Source of the DNA: an uncultured delta proteobacterium
Lineage (GTDB): Bacteria > Myxococcota_A > Polyangia > Polyangiales > Polyangiaceae
Direction of reading: 5' to 3'
Length of the DNA stretch: 64,000 nucleotides
NCBI GenBank assembly: GCA_963716725.1
Contig: CAVQUB010000009.1
Location: 160,001-224,000 of the forward strand
The notes beneath the pieces were generated by a model. That model worked only from the letters and a program-made list of their open reading frames with translations, ran no database searches and had not been told where the DNA came from. Both the position numbers and the translations under genes were made by a program. Below, in pieces: positions 9,066 to 18,705 of the stretch; positions within the stretch are counted from its first letter, which is position 1; each line of letters opens with the position of its first letter.

Positions 9066-10616
9066 ATGGGACTTAAAGACAAGATCTCGGAACGCGGCAA
9101 GCAGATCCTCCTGAGCCCCGCGGTGATGCGCTGGGTCTCCGACGACCGAGTCATGAAGGCGGCCGAGGGCTTGATGGACGCCCCTTCGCGGATGAAGGCG
9201 GCCTGGAGCGTGCTCAAGTACGGCCACGACCTGCCCGCCATCGATCCCGCGGTGGACGAATCCATGGGCGAGGTCTCGGCGGTCCGCGGCGAGACGCGCG
9301 CGAGGCCAAAGACCAATGGCAGCGGCGCCCACGATCCAAACGCCACCGCCCGCTCCCTCGGCTCCGATGACATGAAGGAGTCGCTCAAGGAGCGCAGCTC
9401 GCTCAGCGGCATTGGCGGCCGCGACGTATTCGAGAAGTGCTTCAAGTTCAGCGCCGCCGACAACGCGCGCAAGATGGGCATCTACCCCTTCTTCCGCGCC
9501 CTCGACCTGAACGACGGCCCCGAGGCCGTGATCGACGGCAAGCGCGTGGTGATGTTCGGCTCGAACAACTACCTCGGCCTGACCACGCACCCCAAGGTGC
9601 GCGATGCAGCCAAGGCCGCCATCGATCGCTTCGGCACCAGCATGACGGGCTCGCGCCTGGTCAACGGGTCGATGAAGCTGCACGAAGAGTTCGAGGACAA
9701 GCTCGCGGCTTGGATGGGCAAAGAGAGCGCGCTGGTCTTCACCACCGGCTACCAGGTCAACATCGCCACCTGCTCGGCGCTGCTGAGCAACAAGAAGAGC
9801 GTCGCGGTCATCGATCGCAACGTGCACGCCTCGCTCTACGACGGCGTCCGCTTGGGGCAATCGGCCGGCGCGCGGTTGGTGCGCTACCGCCACAACGACG
9901 CCGAATCCTTGGACAAGGCCCTGGAGAAGGTCGACGCGGGGGAAGGCGCGCTGGTCATCACCGACGGCGTCTTCAGCGCCGAAGGCGAGATCGCCAAGCT
10001 CGACGAGCTCGTGCCGGTGGTGAAGAAACACGGCGCGCGCCTGTTCGTCGACGACGCCCACGCGCTCGGCGTTATCGGCCCCTCGGGCCGGGGCACGGCT
10101 CACCACTTCGGGGTCTCGGATCAGGTCGACCTGATCGGTGGCACCTTCAGCAAGTCGCTGGCCAGCATCGGTGGCTGGCTGGTCGGCGAGCGCAAGGTGC
10201 TGGACTACATTCGCCACTTTGCCCCGAGCTTCTTGTTCGCCGCCGCCGCCGCGCCGCCCAACGTGGCCGCGGCCATGGCGGCCTTCGAGCTCCTCGAAGA
10301 GGAGGGCTGGCGCATCACCAAGCTCAAGGAGAACTTCACGTACATGCGCGACGGCCTGAAGCAGCTGGGCTTCGACCTCGGGCACACCCAGACCTCCGTG
10401 ATCCCGATCTATATCCGGGAAGATCTGCGCACGATCATGATGTGGCGCGATCTGCTCGAGGACTACGGCATCTACACCAACCCGTTCATCTCGCCCGGGG
10501 TGCCGCCGAAGCACGCCATGCTGCGCACGAGCTACATGGCGACCCACGAGAAGGCCCACCTCGACCGCGGGCTGGAGGCCTTCGAGAAGGTCGGCAAGAA
10601 GTACGGCGTGATCTGA
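9066..10616 (+). CDS. spt: PLP-dependent alpha-oxoamine synthase, probably serine palmitoyltransferase, with N-terminal extension
   Basis: FGSNNYLGL, GSRLVNG, FTTGYQVN, DGVFS, DDAHALG, GTFSKSLASIGG; ceramide-synthase-like gene two genes downstream. Confidence 0.8.
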   Translation: MGLKDKISERGKQILLSPAVMRWVSDDRVMKAAEGLMDAPSRMKAAWSVLKYGHDLPAIDPAVDESMGEVSAVRGETRARPKTNGSGAHDPNATARSLGSDDMKESLKERSSLSGIGGRDVFEKCFKFSAADNARKMGIYPFFRALDLNDGPEAVIDGKRVVMFGSNNYLGLTTHPKVRDAAKAAIDRFGTSMTGSRLVNGSMKLHEEFEDKLAAWMGKESALVFTTGYQVNIATCSALLSNKKSVAVIDRNVHASLYDGVRLGQSAGARLVRYRHNDAESLDKALEKVDAGEGALVITDGVFSAEGEIAKLDELVPVVKKHGARLFVDDAHALGVIGPSGRGTAHHFGVSDQVDLIGGTFSKSLASIGGWLVGERKVLDYIRHFAPSFLFAAAAAPPNVAAAMAAFELLEEEGWRITKLKENFTYMRDGLKQLGFDLGHTQTSVIPIYIREDLRTIMMWRDLLEDYGIYTNPFISPGVPPKHAMLRTSYMATHEKAHLDRGLEAFEKVGKKYGVI

Positions 10617-10634
10617 CGTGCTATCTTGAGGGCT

Positions 10635-11738
10635 ATGCGTGGTCTCCTCGCCGCCCTCGCCGCCAGCACGACCCTGACCTTCGCTGGCCTCGCCTCGGCG
10701 TGCCCGGTGGGCCTGAAGGTCAGCGTCGACAATGACAGCCCCGGCTCGGGCTACTCGGAGGTGAAGCCCGAGAACTGGCTCGGCAACAACGTCGCCGCCT
10801 GCAAGGGCACGTACCGCTACCTGAGCCACACGGTGGGGGACGGCACGCGCAAGGGCAAGGCCATCTGGCAGCCGAAGATCGCGACCGCGGGCATGTACGA
10901 GGTCACTACCAGCTTTCGCGCGACCTCGAACCGCACCAACGACGCCGACTACACCTTGTACGACGACAAGAGCGGCAGCCAAAAGAAAAGCGTCGATCAG
11001 ACCAAAGGCACGGACTGCACCAAGGTCGTCATCGGAACGGCCTACTGCGCGCCCGGCGGCAGCTGTCGCCTGGTGCTCGACGGCGACGACGGCAAGAGCG
11101 ATTCCGGCGACGAGACCGTCTTCGTGCTCAAGAGCTGCGACGCGACCTCGGACGCCGGCGTCCCGCCGGGTCCCTGCGACGGCATCGCCGCTGTCAGCGC
11201 CTACGAGGTGTGCGCACAGACCGCGACGACCTGCTCCGGCGTGTACAGCAACGGTGCGGGTTGTACCGCGTACTGCGCGGCGGCCGGCATGGTCTGCACC
11301 GCGCGCTTCGGCGCGGGCAACGGCTGCGAGAAGGAGGCGCAGAACCCCTTTGCTTGCAACGCCAACAACGGGCACCAGTCCAACTGGTGCGAGTGCGCGC
11401 TCCCCGCGGGCACCGGCGGTACCGGCGGCATTGGCGGTGGCAGCGGCAGCGGCGGCGCAGCCGGTGGTGGCGGCGCCAGCAACGGTGGTAGCGCGGGCGC
11501 CGCAGGCAGCGCGGGCAGCGCGGGCAGCGCAGGCGCGGGCGGAAGCGGCGCAGGGTGGGTCGGCACCGGAGCGAGCGTCGGCAAGATCGACGCGGGACCC
11601 GACGTGACGGGAGGCACCACCGAGGACGACGCCGGAACCTGCGGATGCCGGGTGGGCTCGCGATCGCAGCGCGAGCTTTGGGCAACCCTGCTCGCGCTGG
11701 GTGCGGCCGGCCTCGTATTCCGCCGCCGTCGCGGTTGA
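10635..11738 (+). CDS. MYXO-CTERM surface protein with a Golvesin-C/CBM-like domain and Cys-rich region
   Basis: Signal peptide; AIWQPKIATAGMYEV...SNR..A.Y; Gly-rich linker; GTCGCRVG...hydrophobic...RRRRG tail. Confidence 0.75.
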   Translation: MRGLLAALAASTTLTFAGLASACPVGLKVSVDNDSPGSGYSEVKPENWLGNNVAACKGTYRYLSHTVGDGTRKGKAIWQPKIATAGMYEVTTSFRATSNRTNDADYTLYDDKSGSQKKSVDQTKGTDCTKVVIGTAYCAPGGSCRLVLDGDDGKSDSGDETVFVLKSCDATSDAGVPPGPCDGIAAVSAYEVCAQTATTCSGVYSNGAGCTAYCAAAGMVCTARFGAGNGCEKEAQNPFACNANNGHQSNWCECALPAGTGGTGGIGGGSGSGGAAGGGGASNGGSAGAAGSAGSAGSAGAGGSGAGWVGTGASVGKIDAGPDVTGGTTEDDAGTCGCRVGSRSQRELWATLLALGAAGLVFRRRRG

Positions 11739-11770
11739 CGCCCCGTGCGGCAGCGCATTAGCTGGCGCGC

Positions 11771-12901
11771 ATGTCGGTCGAAATTCGTGAGACTCCCATC
11801 GGGGGAAACCTCCGAGACTTTCTGGACGTGGTCGATTACGTCTACCGCGACGATCCCAACTACGTTCGCCCCCTGGACTTCGATCTCGGGCAGCGATTGA
11901 GCAAGAAGAACCCGTTCTTCGAGCACGCCGAGGCCACCACCTTCACGGCCTACAAAAACGGCTGGTGCGTCGGCCGCGCCAGCGCGCAGGTCGATCGCGG
12001 GCACCTCGACCGCTACAAGGACGACGCCGGTTTCTTCGGGTTCTTGGACACGGTGGACGATCCGGAGGTGAGCCAGGCTCTGCTCGACGCCGCCGCCAAG
12101 TGGCTCGCGCGTCGGGGCATGAAGAAGATGCGGGGGCCGCTCTCGCTGAATATCAACGAAGAGATGGGGTGCTTGGTCGAGGGCTTCGAGACACCGCCCA
12201 TGATCCTGATGCCGCACCACCGCGCCTACCAAGGCGGGCTCATCGAACAGGCCGGGCTCGAGAAGCTCAAAGACGTCTTTGCCTGGCGCTACACCGTCGG
12301 CGACGTGCCCAAGCGGGCGGCCAAGGCGGTGGCGGACGTCGAAGCCATGCCCGAGGTGACGCTCCGACACGTCGACAAGCGCAACGTCGAGCGCGACGTG
12401 CGCATCATCATGGACGTCTTCAACGACGCCTGGAGCGACAACTGGGGCTTCGTGCCGCTCACCGAGGCCGAGCTGCGCAAGATGGCCAGCGAGCTCAAGC
12501 CGATCTTGATGCCCGAGCTGACCTACATCGCCGACATCGACGGCGAGCCGGCGGCGGTGGCGTTGGCGCTGCCCAATATCAATGAGCTGATCGGCGACCT
12601 GAACGGCAAGCTGTTTCCGCTGGGTCTGCCCAAGCTCTTGTATCGCCTCAAGGTGAAGGGGCCCAAGTCGGCTCGGCTGATCATCCTGGGCATCCGCAAG
12701 AAGTACCGCGGCGTGAAGAAGTACGGCGCGCTCAGCATTTGCCTGTACGCGAAGATGCACCGCTCTGCCGAAGCGATCGGCGTGCGCTGGGGCGAGCTGT
12801 CGTGGACCCTCGAGGACAACGCTGCGGTGAACGTGGGCATCAAGTTCATGGGCGGCGAGATCTACAAGAAGTATCGCCTCTACGAGCGCGCCATCGCCTG
12901 A
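11771..12901 (+). CDS. Tandem-GNAT protein of the YghO/bacterial ceramide synthase family
   Basis: VYRDDPNYVRPL, KNPFFEH, GFFGFLD, MRGPLSLNINEEMGCLVEGF, FNDAWSDNWGFVPLT, ELSWTLEDN, YKKYRLYE. Confidence 0.82.
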   Translation: MSVEIRETPIGGNLRDFLDVVDYVYRDDPNYVRPLDFDLGQRLSKKNPFFEHAEATTFTAYKNGWCVGRASAQVDRGHLDRYKDDAGFFGFLDTVDDPEVSQALLDAAAKWLARRGMKKMRGPLSLNINEEMGCLVEGFETPPMILMPHHRAYQGGLIEQAGLEKLKDVFAWRYTVGDVPKRAAKAVADVEAMPEVTLRHVDKRNVERDVRIIMDVFNDAWSDNWGFVPLTEAELRKMASELKPILMPELTYIADIDGEPAAVALALPNINELIGDLNGKLFPLGLPKLLYRLKVKGPKSARLIILGIRKKYRGVKKYGALSICLYAKMHRSAEAIGVRWGELSWTLEDNAAVNVGIKFMGGEIYKKYRLYERAIA

Positions 12902-12939
12902 CGCGCACCGGTTACTCGCGCTGGCGGCACGGGCGCCGT

Positions 12940-14439
12940 ATGCTCGATGGCGTGCGTCTCGCCTTCCTGACTTCGCTCGCGCTCCTGGTCTCGGTCGCCT
13001 GCAGCGGCGACGACGAGGGCCCCGGCTCGGCGAGCGGCGGCGCGAGCTTTGGCGGGGCATCGACTGGTGGGCACGCCGGCACTGGCGGCAGCGCGGGCGG
13101 CGGCGGCAATGCGAGCGGCGGCGGCAGCGCGGGCGGTGGCGCGGGTAGCGGCGGCAGTACGACGACAGGAGGCACCGGCGGCGGTGCACCCATCGGACCC
13201 ACGCGCTACCCGGAGGGCGACGTCACCTCGCCGCTCTCGGATCACGTCGCGAAGCGGCTCCGCGCCATCGCCAGCCAGAACGCCACTCGCAAGGGCGACG
13301 TGTTCATGAAGGTCGGGGACTCGCACACCGTGAGCAAGAACCTGATGTACTGCTTCGCTGGCCCGGCCCAGCCGAGCTACCAGCTCGACCTCGCGGGCAA
13401 CGACGCGCTCCTACCGAGCATCCAGCATTTTCGAAGCGGCAGCGCCGCGGGCAAGACGCCCTTCGATCGCGCCTCGCTCGCCGCGGTGGTCGGCAAGACC
13501 GCGAGCTGGTCCATCACCGGCAGCCCGTCGCCGCTGAATCAAGAGACAGCAGCGCTGAACCCGCGCTTCGCGTTGGTCAGCTACGGCACCAACGACATGC
13601 AGATGGGCGTGACCTTTGCGAGCGCGCTGTGGCCCTTCTACGAAAGCATGTCGAAGCTCTTGGACCAGCTCGAGCAGGGCGGCGTCGTGCCCATCCTCGC
13701 GGGCCTCTTGCCCCGGGGAGACTCGCCCGCCGCGGCGCTGTGGGCCGAGGTCTACGACCACGTCACGCGAGCCCTGGCGGAGAAGCGCCAACTCCCCTAC
13801 CTCAGCGTGTATCGGGCCACCAAGGATCTGCCCAAACAGGGTCTCGCGGCGGACTCGCTGCACGGCAACGTCTATGTGGCGGGGACGAGTCAGCCCTGCG
13901 TGTTCGCGAAGGCCGGGCTGGACTTCAACTACAACGTCAGAAACCTGCACAGCATGCGGCAACTCGACGTGGTCAAACGCCTGGTGATCGACGACGCGCA
14001 GGCGCCGGACGTCGGGGTCCCCATGCCGGCGGGGGCCGGAACCGCAGCAGATCCCGTGGTCGTGGACACGCTGCCCTTCACCCACCACGCGAGCACCCAG
14101 GGTTCGCCGAGCTCCGTCATCGATGCTTACCCAGGTTGCAACTCCGCGGCCAACGAGTCCGGCCCCGAGCGCTTCTACACACTCACACTCACCGAGACCA
14201 CGCCGATCCGAGCCATGCTCTTCGACCGCGAGGGCGTGGATGTGGATCTGCACCTGCTCTCGGGCGGAACGACGGGGGCGCATTGCCAGGCCCGGCACGA
14301 CCGCTTGATCGAGACGACGCTCGGGCCCGGCACCTACAGCTTCGTGGTCGACAGCTTCACCGCCTCGGGCGCCGCGCTCTCCGGCGAGTACACGCTGGTC
14401 GTGATGCGCTGCGCCTCCAGCGACGCGGCCTGCAATTGA
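12940..14439 (+). CDS. SGNH/GDSL hydrolase lipoprotein with C-terminal PPC-like domain
   Basis: Lipobox SVAC, Gly linker, KVGDSHT (block I), YGTND (block III), DSLH; C-terminal DVDLHLL...LGPGTYSFVVDSF. Confidence 0.8.
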   Translation: MLDGVRLAFLTSLALLVSVACSGDDEGPGSASGGASFGGASTGGHAGTGGSAGGGGNASGGGSAGGGAGSGGSTTTGGTGGGAPIGPTRYPEGDVTSPLSDHVAKRLRAIASQNATRKGDVFMKVGDSHTVSKNLMYCFAGPAQPSYQLDLAGNDALLPSIQHFRSGSAAGKTPFDRASLAAVVGKTASWSITGSPSPLNQETAALNPRFALVSYGTNDMQMGVTFASALWPFYESMSKLLDQLEQGGVVPILAGLLPRGDSPAAALWAEVYDHVTRALAEKRQLPYLSVYRATKDLPKQGLAADSLHGNVYVAGTSQPCVFAKAGLDFNYNVRNLHSMRQLDVVKRLVIDDAQAPDVGVPMPAGAGTAADPVVVDTLPFTHHASTQGSPSSVIDAYPGCNSAANESGPERFYTLTLTETTPIRAMLFDREGVDVDLHLLSGGTTGAHCQARHDRLIETTLGPGTYSFVVDSFTASGAALSGEYTLVVMRCASSDAACN

Positions 14440-14470
14440 GTCAATCGCGCCTTTGCCGTAGAGTTCGGCC

Positions 14471-14956
14471 ATGACCCGTTGGCTGCTGCGGACCGCGGCG
14501 CTCTTCTGTTTCGTGACCTCGTCGGTGGTGGCTTGTGGTGCCGATGATACGAGCGGGCCCCCGTCGGCTCCTTGCAACGATCAGACCAAGGGCGCCGCTC
14601 CCATTTGCGGGAAGACCTGCGCCAACAAGTGCGGCTGCGGTCAGTGTCAGCCCGGCTCGCAGACCTTCATCGACAGCTCGCTCTACGTCTGTAGCGGCGG
14701 CTGTTTCTCGCTGGCGAGCGGCGTCGGTGGCTCCACCAGCACCGGTGGCTCGGGCGGCGGAGGGAGCGGCGGCGCGGCGGGCGCCGGCGGCACCGGCTGC
14801 CAGACCGTCGACTGCAACAAGACGCCGCCGATCTGCGGAGCCTGCACCACCTGCGCTTGTTGCAGCTGCAACAACGGCCAGTTCCTCGACATCGGTGGCA
14901 AGACGCACGTCTGCAACGGCGGTTGCTTCCAGCCCTCGACCGGCGACGGCGGCTGA
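14471..14956 (+). CDS. Cys-rich lipoprotein with two internal repeats
   Basis: VVAC lipobox; repeated PICG..C...C.C..C..G...CxGGCF. Confidence 0.7.
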   Translation: MTRWLLRTAALFCFVTSSVVACGADDTSGPPSAPCNDQTKGAAPICGKTCANKCGCGQCQPGSQTFIDSSLYVCSGGCFSLASGVGGSTSTGGSGGGGSGGAAGAGGTGCQTVDCNKTPPICGACTTCACCSCNNGQFLDIGGKTHVCNGGCFQPSTGDGG

Positions 14957-15036
14957 GCGACGAGGTCGCGGCGGGCTCGGCGTTTCGACGACCAGGCAAC
15001 GGCGCCACCCACTTGGTGCTAAGCGAGGATCACAAT

Positions 15037-16518
15037 ATGCCCGTTCCCGTCACCCGTACGGAGGTGTGCTTCCGCCCGGACCCCCGGCGTGTCATCACGA
15101 AGCCCTTCCTCCCCACGGGAACTTTCGCCGATGGCAGCTCGCGTGCCGACCGAATCCTCGCGCGCATCTTGGCGCTACCGGAGCCCGTCGTCGTCGAAAC
15201 CTTGGCCGCGACTTGGGCGCGTTTCTCGGCGCGGCACGCCGAATTGATTGCGGTGCTCGAGCGCAGCTTTCGGGAGGTCGCAGCGCACGTGCCAGAACCG
15301 AACAGTCTATCGACCGAGCGCCGACGCCTGATCGGAGCGTACTTCACCCACGAGTACTCGGTCGATGCCGCGGCCCTGAGCAATCCGTCGATGGTGGCAG
15401 CGCCGGATCAGAGCGGGGTTGGCCCGGATGAACAGCGCTTCGTGATGAGCCTTCGCGCCATCGGCGAGGGCCATGTCTCGTCGATTCAGTTTCGCTCTGG
15501 CGTGGTCGATAGCCAGGGCCGAGTGAGCGTTGACGCAGCCAGCTCGGTGGTGTGCACGGCCCGTCGCCAAGCGCCGCTCTACGACAAGGCGATCTTCCGC
15601 ACCAAACTGGTCGAGCTTCAGTCCTTCACCAAGACCGCGGAATACGTCTTCGAACTCTTGCCCGATCAATTCACCCTGCAAAGCTTGGACGCGGCGCTCC
15701 GAGAGACCAGCGCCCGACTAGAGCGCGACGAAAGCGTGTCGCAGACGACCCGCACCATTCATTGGTTGGCGTCTTCGAACTACGAGAGCACCTTCGATGC
15801 TCGCTCGAGCATCTCCGCGCGCGTGCTGTTTCCCGCAGGTCCCACCGAGAGCCACGGCATGGAGGACGCTCGTTTCGTGCGTTTTTGCGATGACGATGGC
15901 CGCGTGACCTACTTTGCGACCTACACCGCGTACGACGGCTATCGAATCCTCCCGCAGCTGATCGAAACGCGCGACTTCGTCTCCTTCCGCGTGGCGACCC
16001 TCAACGGGAAGAGCGCGACCAACAAAGGCATCGCGCTCTTCCCGCGGAAGCTCGACGGAAGCTTCGTCGCCCTCGGGCGCCTCGACAACGAGAACAACCA
16101 CCTCCTGCGGTCCGACAACATTCATTTCTGGAACGAGCACGAGACACTCCAGGTGCCGGAGTCTGCCTGGGAGCTCACCCAGATCGGCAATTGTGGCTCG
16201 CCCCTCGAGACCGAGGCGGGGTGGTTGGTGATCACGCACGGCGTGGGTCCTTTTCGAGAGTACGTGCTGGGCGCCATCTTGCTCGACGCCAAGGACCCGG
16301 CGCGTGTGCTGGGCCGTCTCGCAAAGCCTCTGCTATGCGCCAACGAAGACGAACGCGACGGCTACGTTCCCAACGTCGTGTATTCGTGCGGCAGCATGAT
16401 TTTCGGCAACCACCTGGTGCTGCCCTACGGGATTTCGGACGTCGCTGCGCGCATTGCGACCGTGCGCCTCGATGACTTGCTCGAGCGCCTCACGAGCCGA
16501 GCGACTCGCAGTACCTGA
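15037..16518 (+). CDS. Glycoside hydrolase family 130 protein (long form)
   Basis: AALSNPSMV, SLRAIGEGHVSSI, GMEDARFV, YTAYDG, NKGIALFPRK, QIGNCGSP, GYVPNVVYSCG. Confidence 0.88.
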   Translation: MPVPVTRTEVCFRPDPRRVITKPFLPTGTFADGSSRADRILARILALPEPVVVETLAATWARFSARHAELIAVLERSFREVAAHVPEPNSLSTERRRLIGAYFTHEYSVDAAALSNPSMVAAPDQSGVGPDEQRFVMSLRAIGEGHVSSIQFRSGVVDSQGRVSVDAASSVVCTARRQAPLYDKAIFRTKLVELQSFTKTAEYVFELLPDQFTLQSLDAALRETSARLERDESVSQTTRTIHWLASSNYESTFDARSSISARVLFPAGPTESHGMEDARFVRFCDDDGRVTYFATYTAYDGYRILPQLIETRDFVSFRVATLNGKSATNKGIALFPRKLDGSFVALGRLDNENNHLLRSDNIHFWNEHETLQVPESAWELTQIGNCGSPLETEAGWLVITHGVGPFREYVLGAILLDAKDPARVLGRLAKPLLCANEDERDGYVPNVVYSCGSMIFGNHLVLPYGISDVAARIATVRLDDLLERLTSRATRST

Positions 16519-17674
16519 GGTAGAGCCGCGGGAGGTGGACGCCGGGATCCAGGTAGAACTGGCCAGGCTCGATGTCGAGCCACGCGAAGTCCATGGCCAT
16601 CGGGACTCGGGGCCATGGCCTACCGTCCGAGATGGCCTGGACGGCAGGTTTTCCCGAGGCGTCGGCGCGCCACAGCCCGAAGCTGCGCTCGTGGATGGCC
16701 AAGTCGAAGGGCGGCGTCTGCCACAGGCTCGGAACGTAGTCGGAGTAGCACCAGAGCATGGCACCGCTGGAACCCGCCGCAGACAGCGCTTCAACCGCCC
16801 GCGCAACGTAGGCGGCCGCGTCGTCTTCGTCCACCGACATCGTCGAAGGCGGATCTGAGCCGCGTGGGTGAGTCGGCGCGCCAAACTCGCTGAACAAGAC
16901 CTCAGCCCCGCCGCCCAGCCATGCCGTCACGCGCGCCAAGAATGGCAGGAGCTGCTCGTCCGTGGGTCCGCGCGACCACGCCGCGTAGGCCGGGTAGCCG
17001 TGCATGGTCAGAAAATCGCAGACCTCCGCGGCCTCTGCCGGGCCCAAGTTGCGATCGTGTTCCAGGTCCTCCATGTGGAGCCCGATGGTGACGAGAGCAG
17101 CTTCGTCGGCCTCGCGGATCGCGTCGCTGATGCGTCTGAGCCAGTCTCGCCCCAGGGCGCGGGTGGGAGGCATGACGCAGTTGGAGTTCTCGTTGCCCAG
17201 ATCCCAGGCCCAGAGCGCGGGATGACCGGCCAACGCCCTCGCCAGCGCTCCCGCCAGTGACGCCTGAGCGCGAGCGACGAGCAGATCCGTGTACCAATTG
17301 CGGAGGCCCGCCTGAACGACGCGATCGCCCGACACCACGCGGAATCGCGGGTCGCCGGCCTCGCCACCCAGCGCCCAGCCCGGGATCCAGTTCACGCCGC
17401 TCATGTGGCCGGTGAAGAGGGTGGGCATGACCGACAGGCCCGCCGCCTGCGCCAGATCGAGCGCCGTCGTCAGGCGCTCAATCATCTGCTCATCCACCCG
17501 GACCGCGCGAGGCTGGAAGTGCTCCCAGGTGAGGAACAGGCGAACGGAGTCGAAGCCGGCAGCGGCAATCCGCCTGAAGTCCGCCGAGCACTCGGCGGCG
17601 TCGAAGGCTGGCCACCAGCCCATCGCGCTGGCTGCGGGCCAGTAGTTGATGCCGAGGCGGAAGGGGCTGGTCAC
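16490..17674 (-). CDS. GH5-like (clan GH-A) glycoside hydrolase
   Basis: FRLGINYWP, VRLFLTWEHFQP, FTGHMSG, WDLGNE (acid/base), HGYP, FSEFG (nucleophile), HERSFGL; GTG at 17674. Confidence 0.85.
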   Translation of the reverse strand: MTSPFRLGINYWPAASAMGWWPAFDAAECSADFRRIAAAGFDSVRLFLTWEHFQPRAVRVDEQMIERLTTALDLAQAAGLSVMPTLFTGHMSGVNWIPGWALGGEAGDPRFRVVSGDRVVQAGLRNWYTDLLVARAQASLAGALARALAGHPALWAWDLGNENSNCVMPPTRALGRDWLRRISDAIREADEAALVTIGLHMEDLEHDRNLGPAEAAEVCDFLTMHGYPAYAAWSRGPTDEQLLPFLARVTAWLGGGAEVLFSEFGAPTHPRGSDPPSTMSVDEDDAAAYVARAVEALSAAGSSGAMLWCYSDYVPSLWQTPPFDLAIHERSFGLWRADASGKPAVQAISDGRPWPRVPMAMDFAWLDIEPGQFYLDPGVHLPRLYLRYCESLGS

Positions 17675-18705
17675 TGCCGTGCCCCGAGGGAAAGCACTCG
17701 ATGGTAGACAGCGATGTACTCGTCCACCATGCGACTCACGTCGAAGCGTTGTTCCACGGAGGCGCGGACCTGCTTCGGATCGGCGCCGGCCGCGCTCTCG
17801 ACCGCGCGCACGGCTCCGTCGATGGAATCGACCAGGTAGCCGTTCTGGCCGTCGTGGATCAACTCCGCCATCGAGCCGCGGGCGTGGGCGATGACCGGAG
17901 TTCCACAAGCCATCGCCTCCACGACACTGAAGCCAAAGGGCTCGTCGAAATCGATCAGGTGCAAGAGGGCGCGCGCGCCGCCCAGGAGCGCCGCTCGTCG
18001 CTCCGGCCCGACCGATCCGATGAACCGAACGCGCTGCCCGTCGAGGTGGGGCTCGACCTCACGCTGGAAGTACTCCCGATCTTGCACGATGCCGGCGATG
18101 ATCAGCGGGAGGCCGGCGCGCCGCGCGACCTCGATGGCCTGGGCCGTGCCCTTGTCCGGGTGGATCCGGCCGAAGAAGAGCAGGGCTTCGCGAGGCCCGA
18201 CTGCGAGGGCAAGCTCCCGCATGTCGATGCCGTGATGGACAGTCGCGACGTAGTTCAATGACGGATGTCGGTCGGCGTCGCTGATCGCCACGTAGAAGCC
18301 CCGCGAGTCGTACTTTTGGTACACGGGCAAGATCCGCTCGGAAGAAAAGCCGTGGATGGTCGTGACCACCGGGGTCTTCACCAAGGCACTGAAGCAGAGT
18401 GGCAAGAAGTCGAAGCTGTTGTGGATCACGTCGAACTCGGCCGCTCGCTCGAACACCGCGGAGATGTGCAAGCTCTCCCAGACCTTCACGTCGAGTTCCG
18501 GATCCTCGGAGTAGCCCCGGGGTGCACTGCCAACCAGTCGAGCGCTGGTGATGGAGTCGGCGGTCGCGAACAAAGTCACGTCGAGGCCCCGCTGGACCAG
18601 TCCTTCGGTCAGGAGCGACGCGAATTGCTCCCAGGGTCCGTAGTGGCGCGGCGGCACGCGCCAAGAGATCGGCGCCAGCACGGCCACGCGGAGTGCGGGC
18701 GTCAT
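17671..18705 (-). CDS. Glycosyltransferase family 4
   Basis: VPPRHYGPWEQ, FFGRIHPDKG, EPFGFSVVEAMACGTPVI. Confidence 0.92.
   Translation of the reverse strand: MTPALRVAVLAPISWRVPPRHYGPWEQFASLLTEGLVQRGLDVTLFATADSITSARLVGSAPRGYSEDPELDVKVWESLHISAVFERAAEFDVIHNSFDFLPLCFSALVKTPVVTTIHGFSSERILPVYQKYDSRGFYVAISDADRHPSLNYVATVHHGIDMRELALAVGPREALLFFGRIHPDKGTAQAIEVARRAGLPLIIAGIVQDREYFQREVEPHLDGQRVRFIGSVGPERRAALLGGARALLHLIDFDEPFGFSVVEAMACGTPVIAHARGSMAELIHDGQNGYLVDSIDGAVRAVESAAGADPKQVRASVEQRFDVSRMVDEYIAVYHRVLSLGARQ

Noticed and set aside
9066..10616. bioF or kbl assignment for the PLP enzyme
   Set aside because: No bio or tdh genes nearby; TTGYQ.N and GTFSKS plus the neighbouring YghO-like GNAT favour SPT, though this is not proven
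8781..11375. Long antisense ORFs (864 aa here; also 11201-13189, 24565-26328, 41873-43279 and others)
   Set aside because: Shadow frames of real high-GC genes with no recognisable motifs
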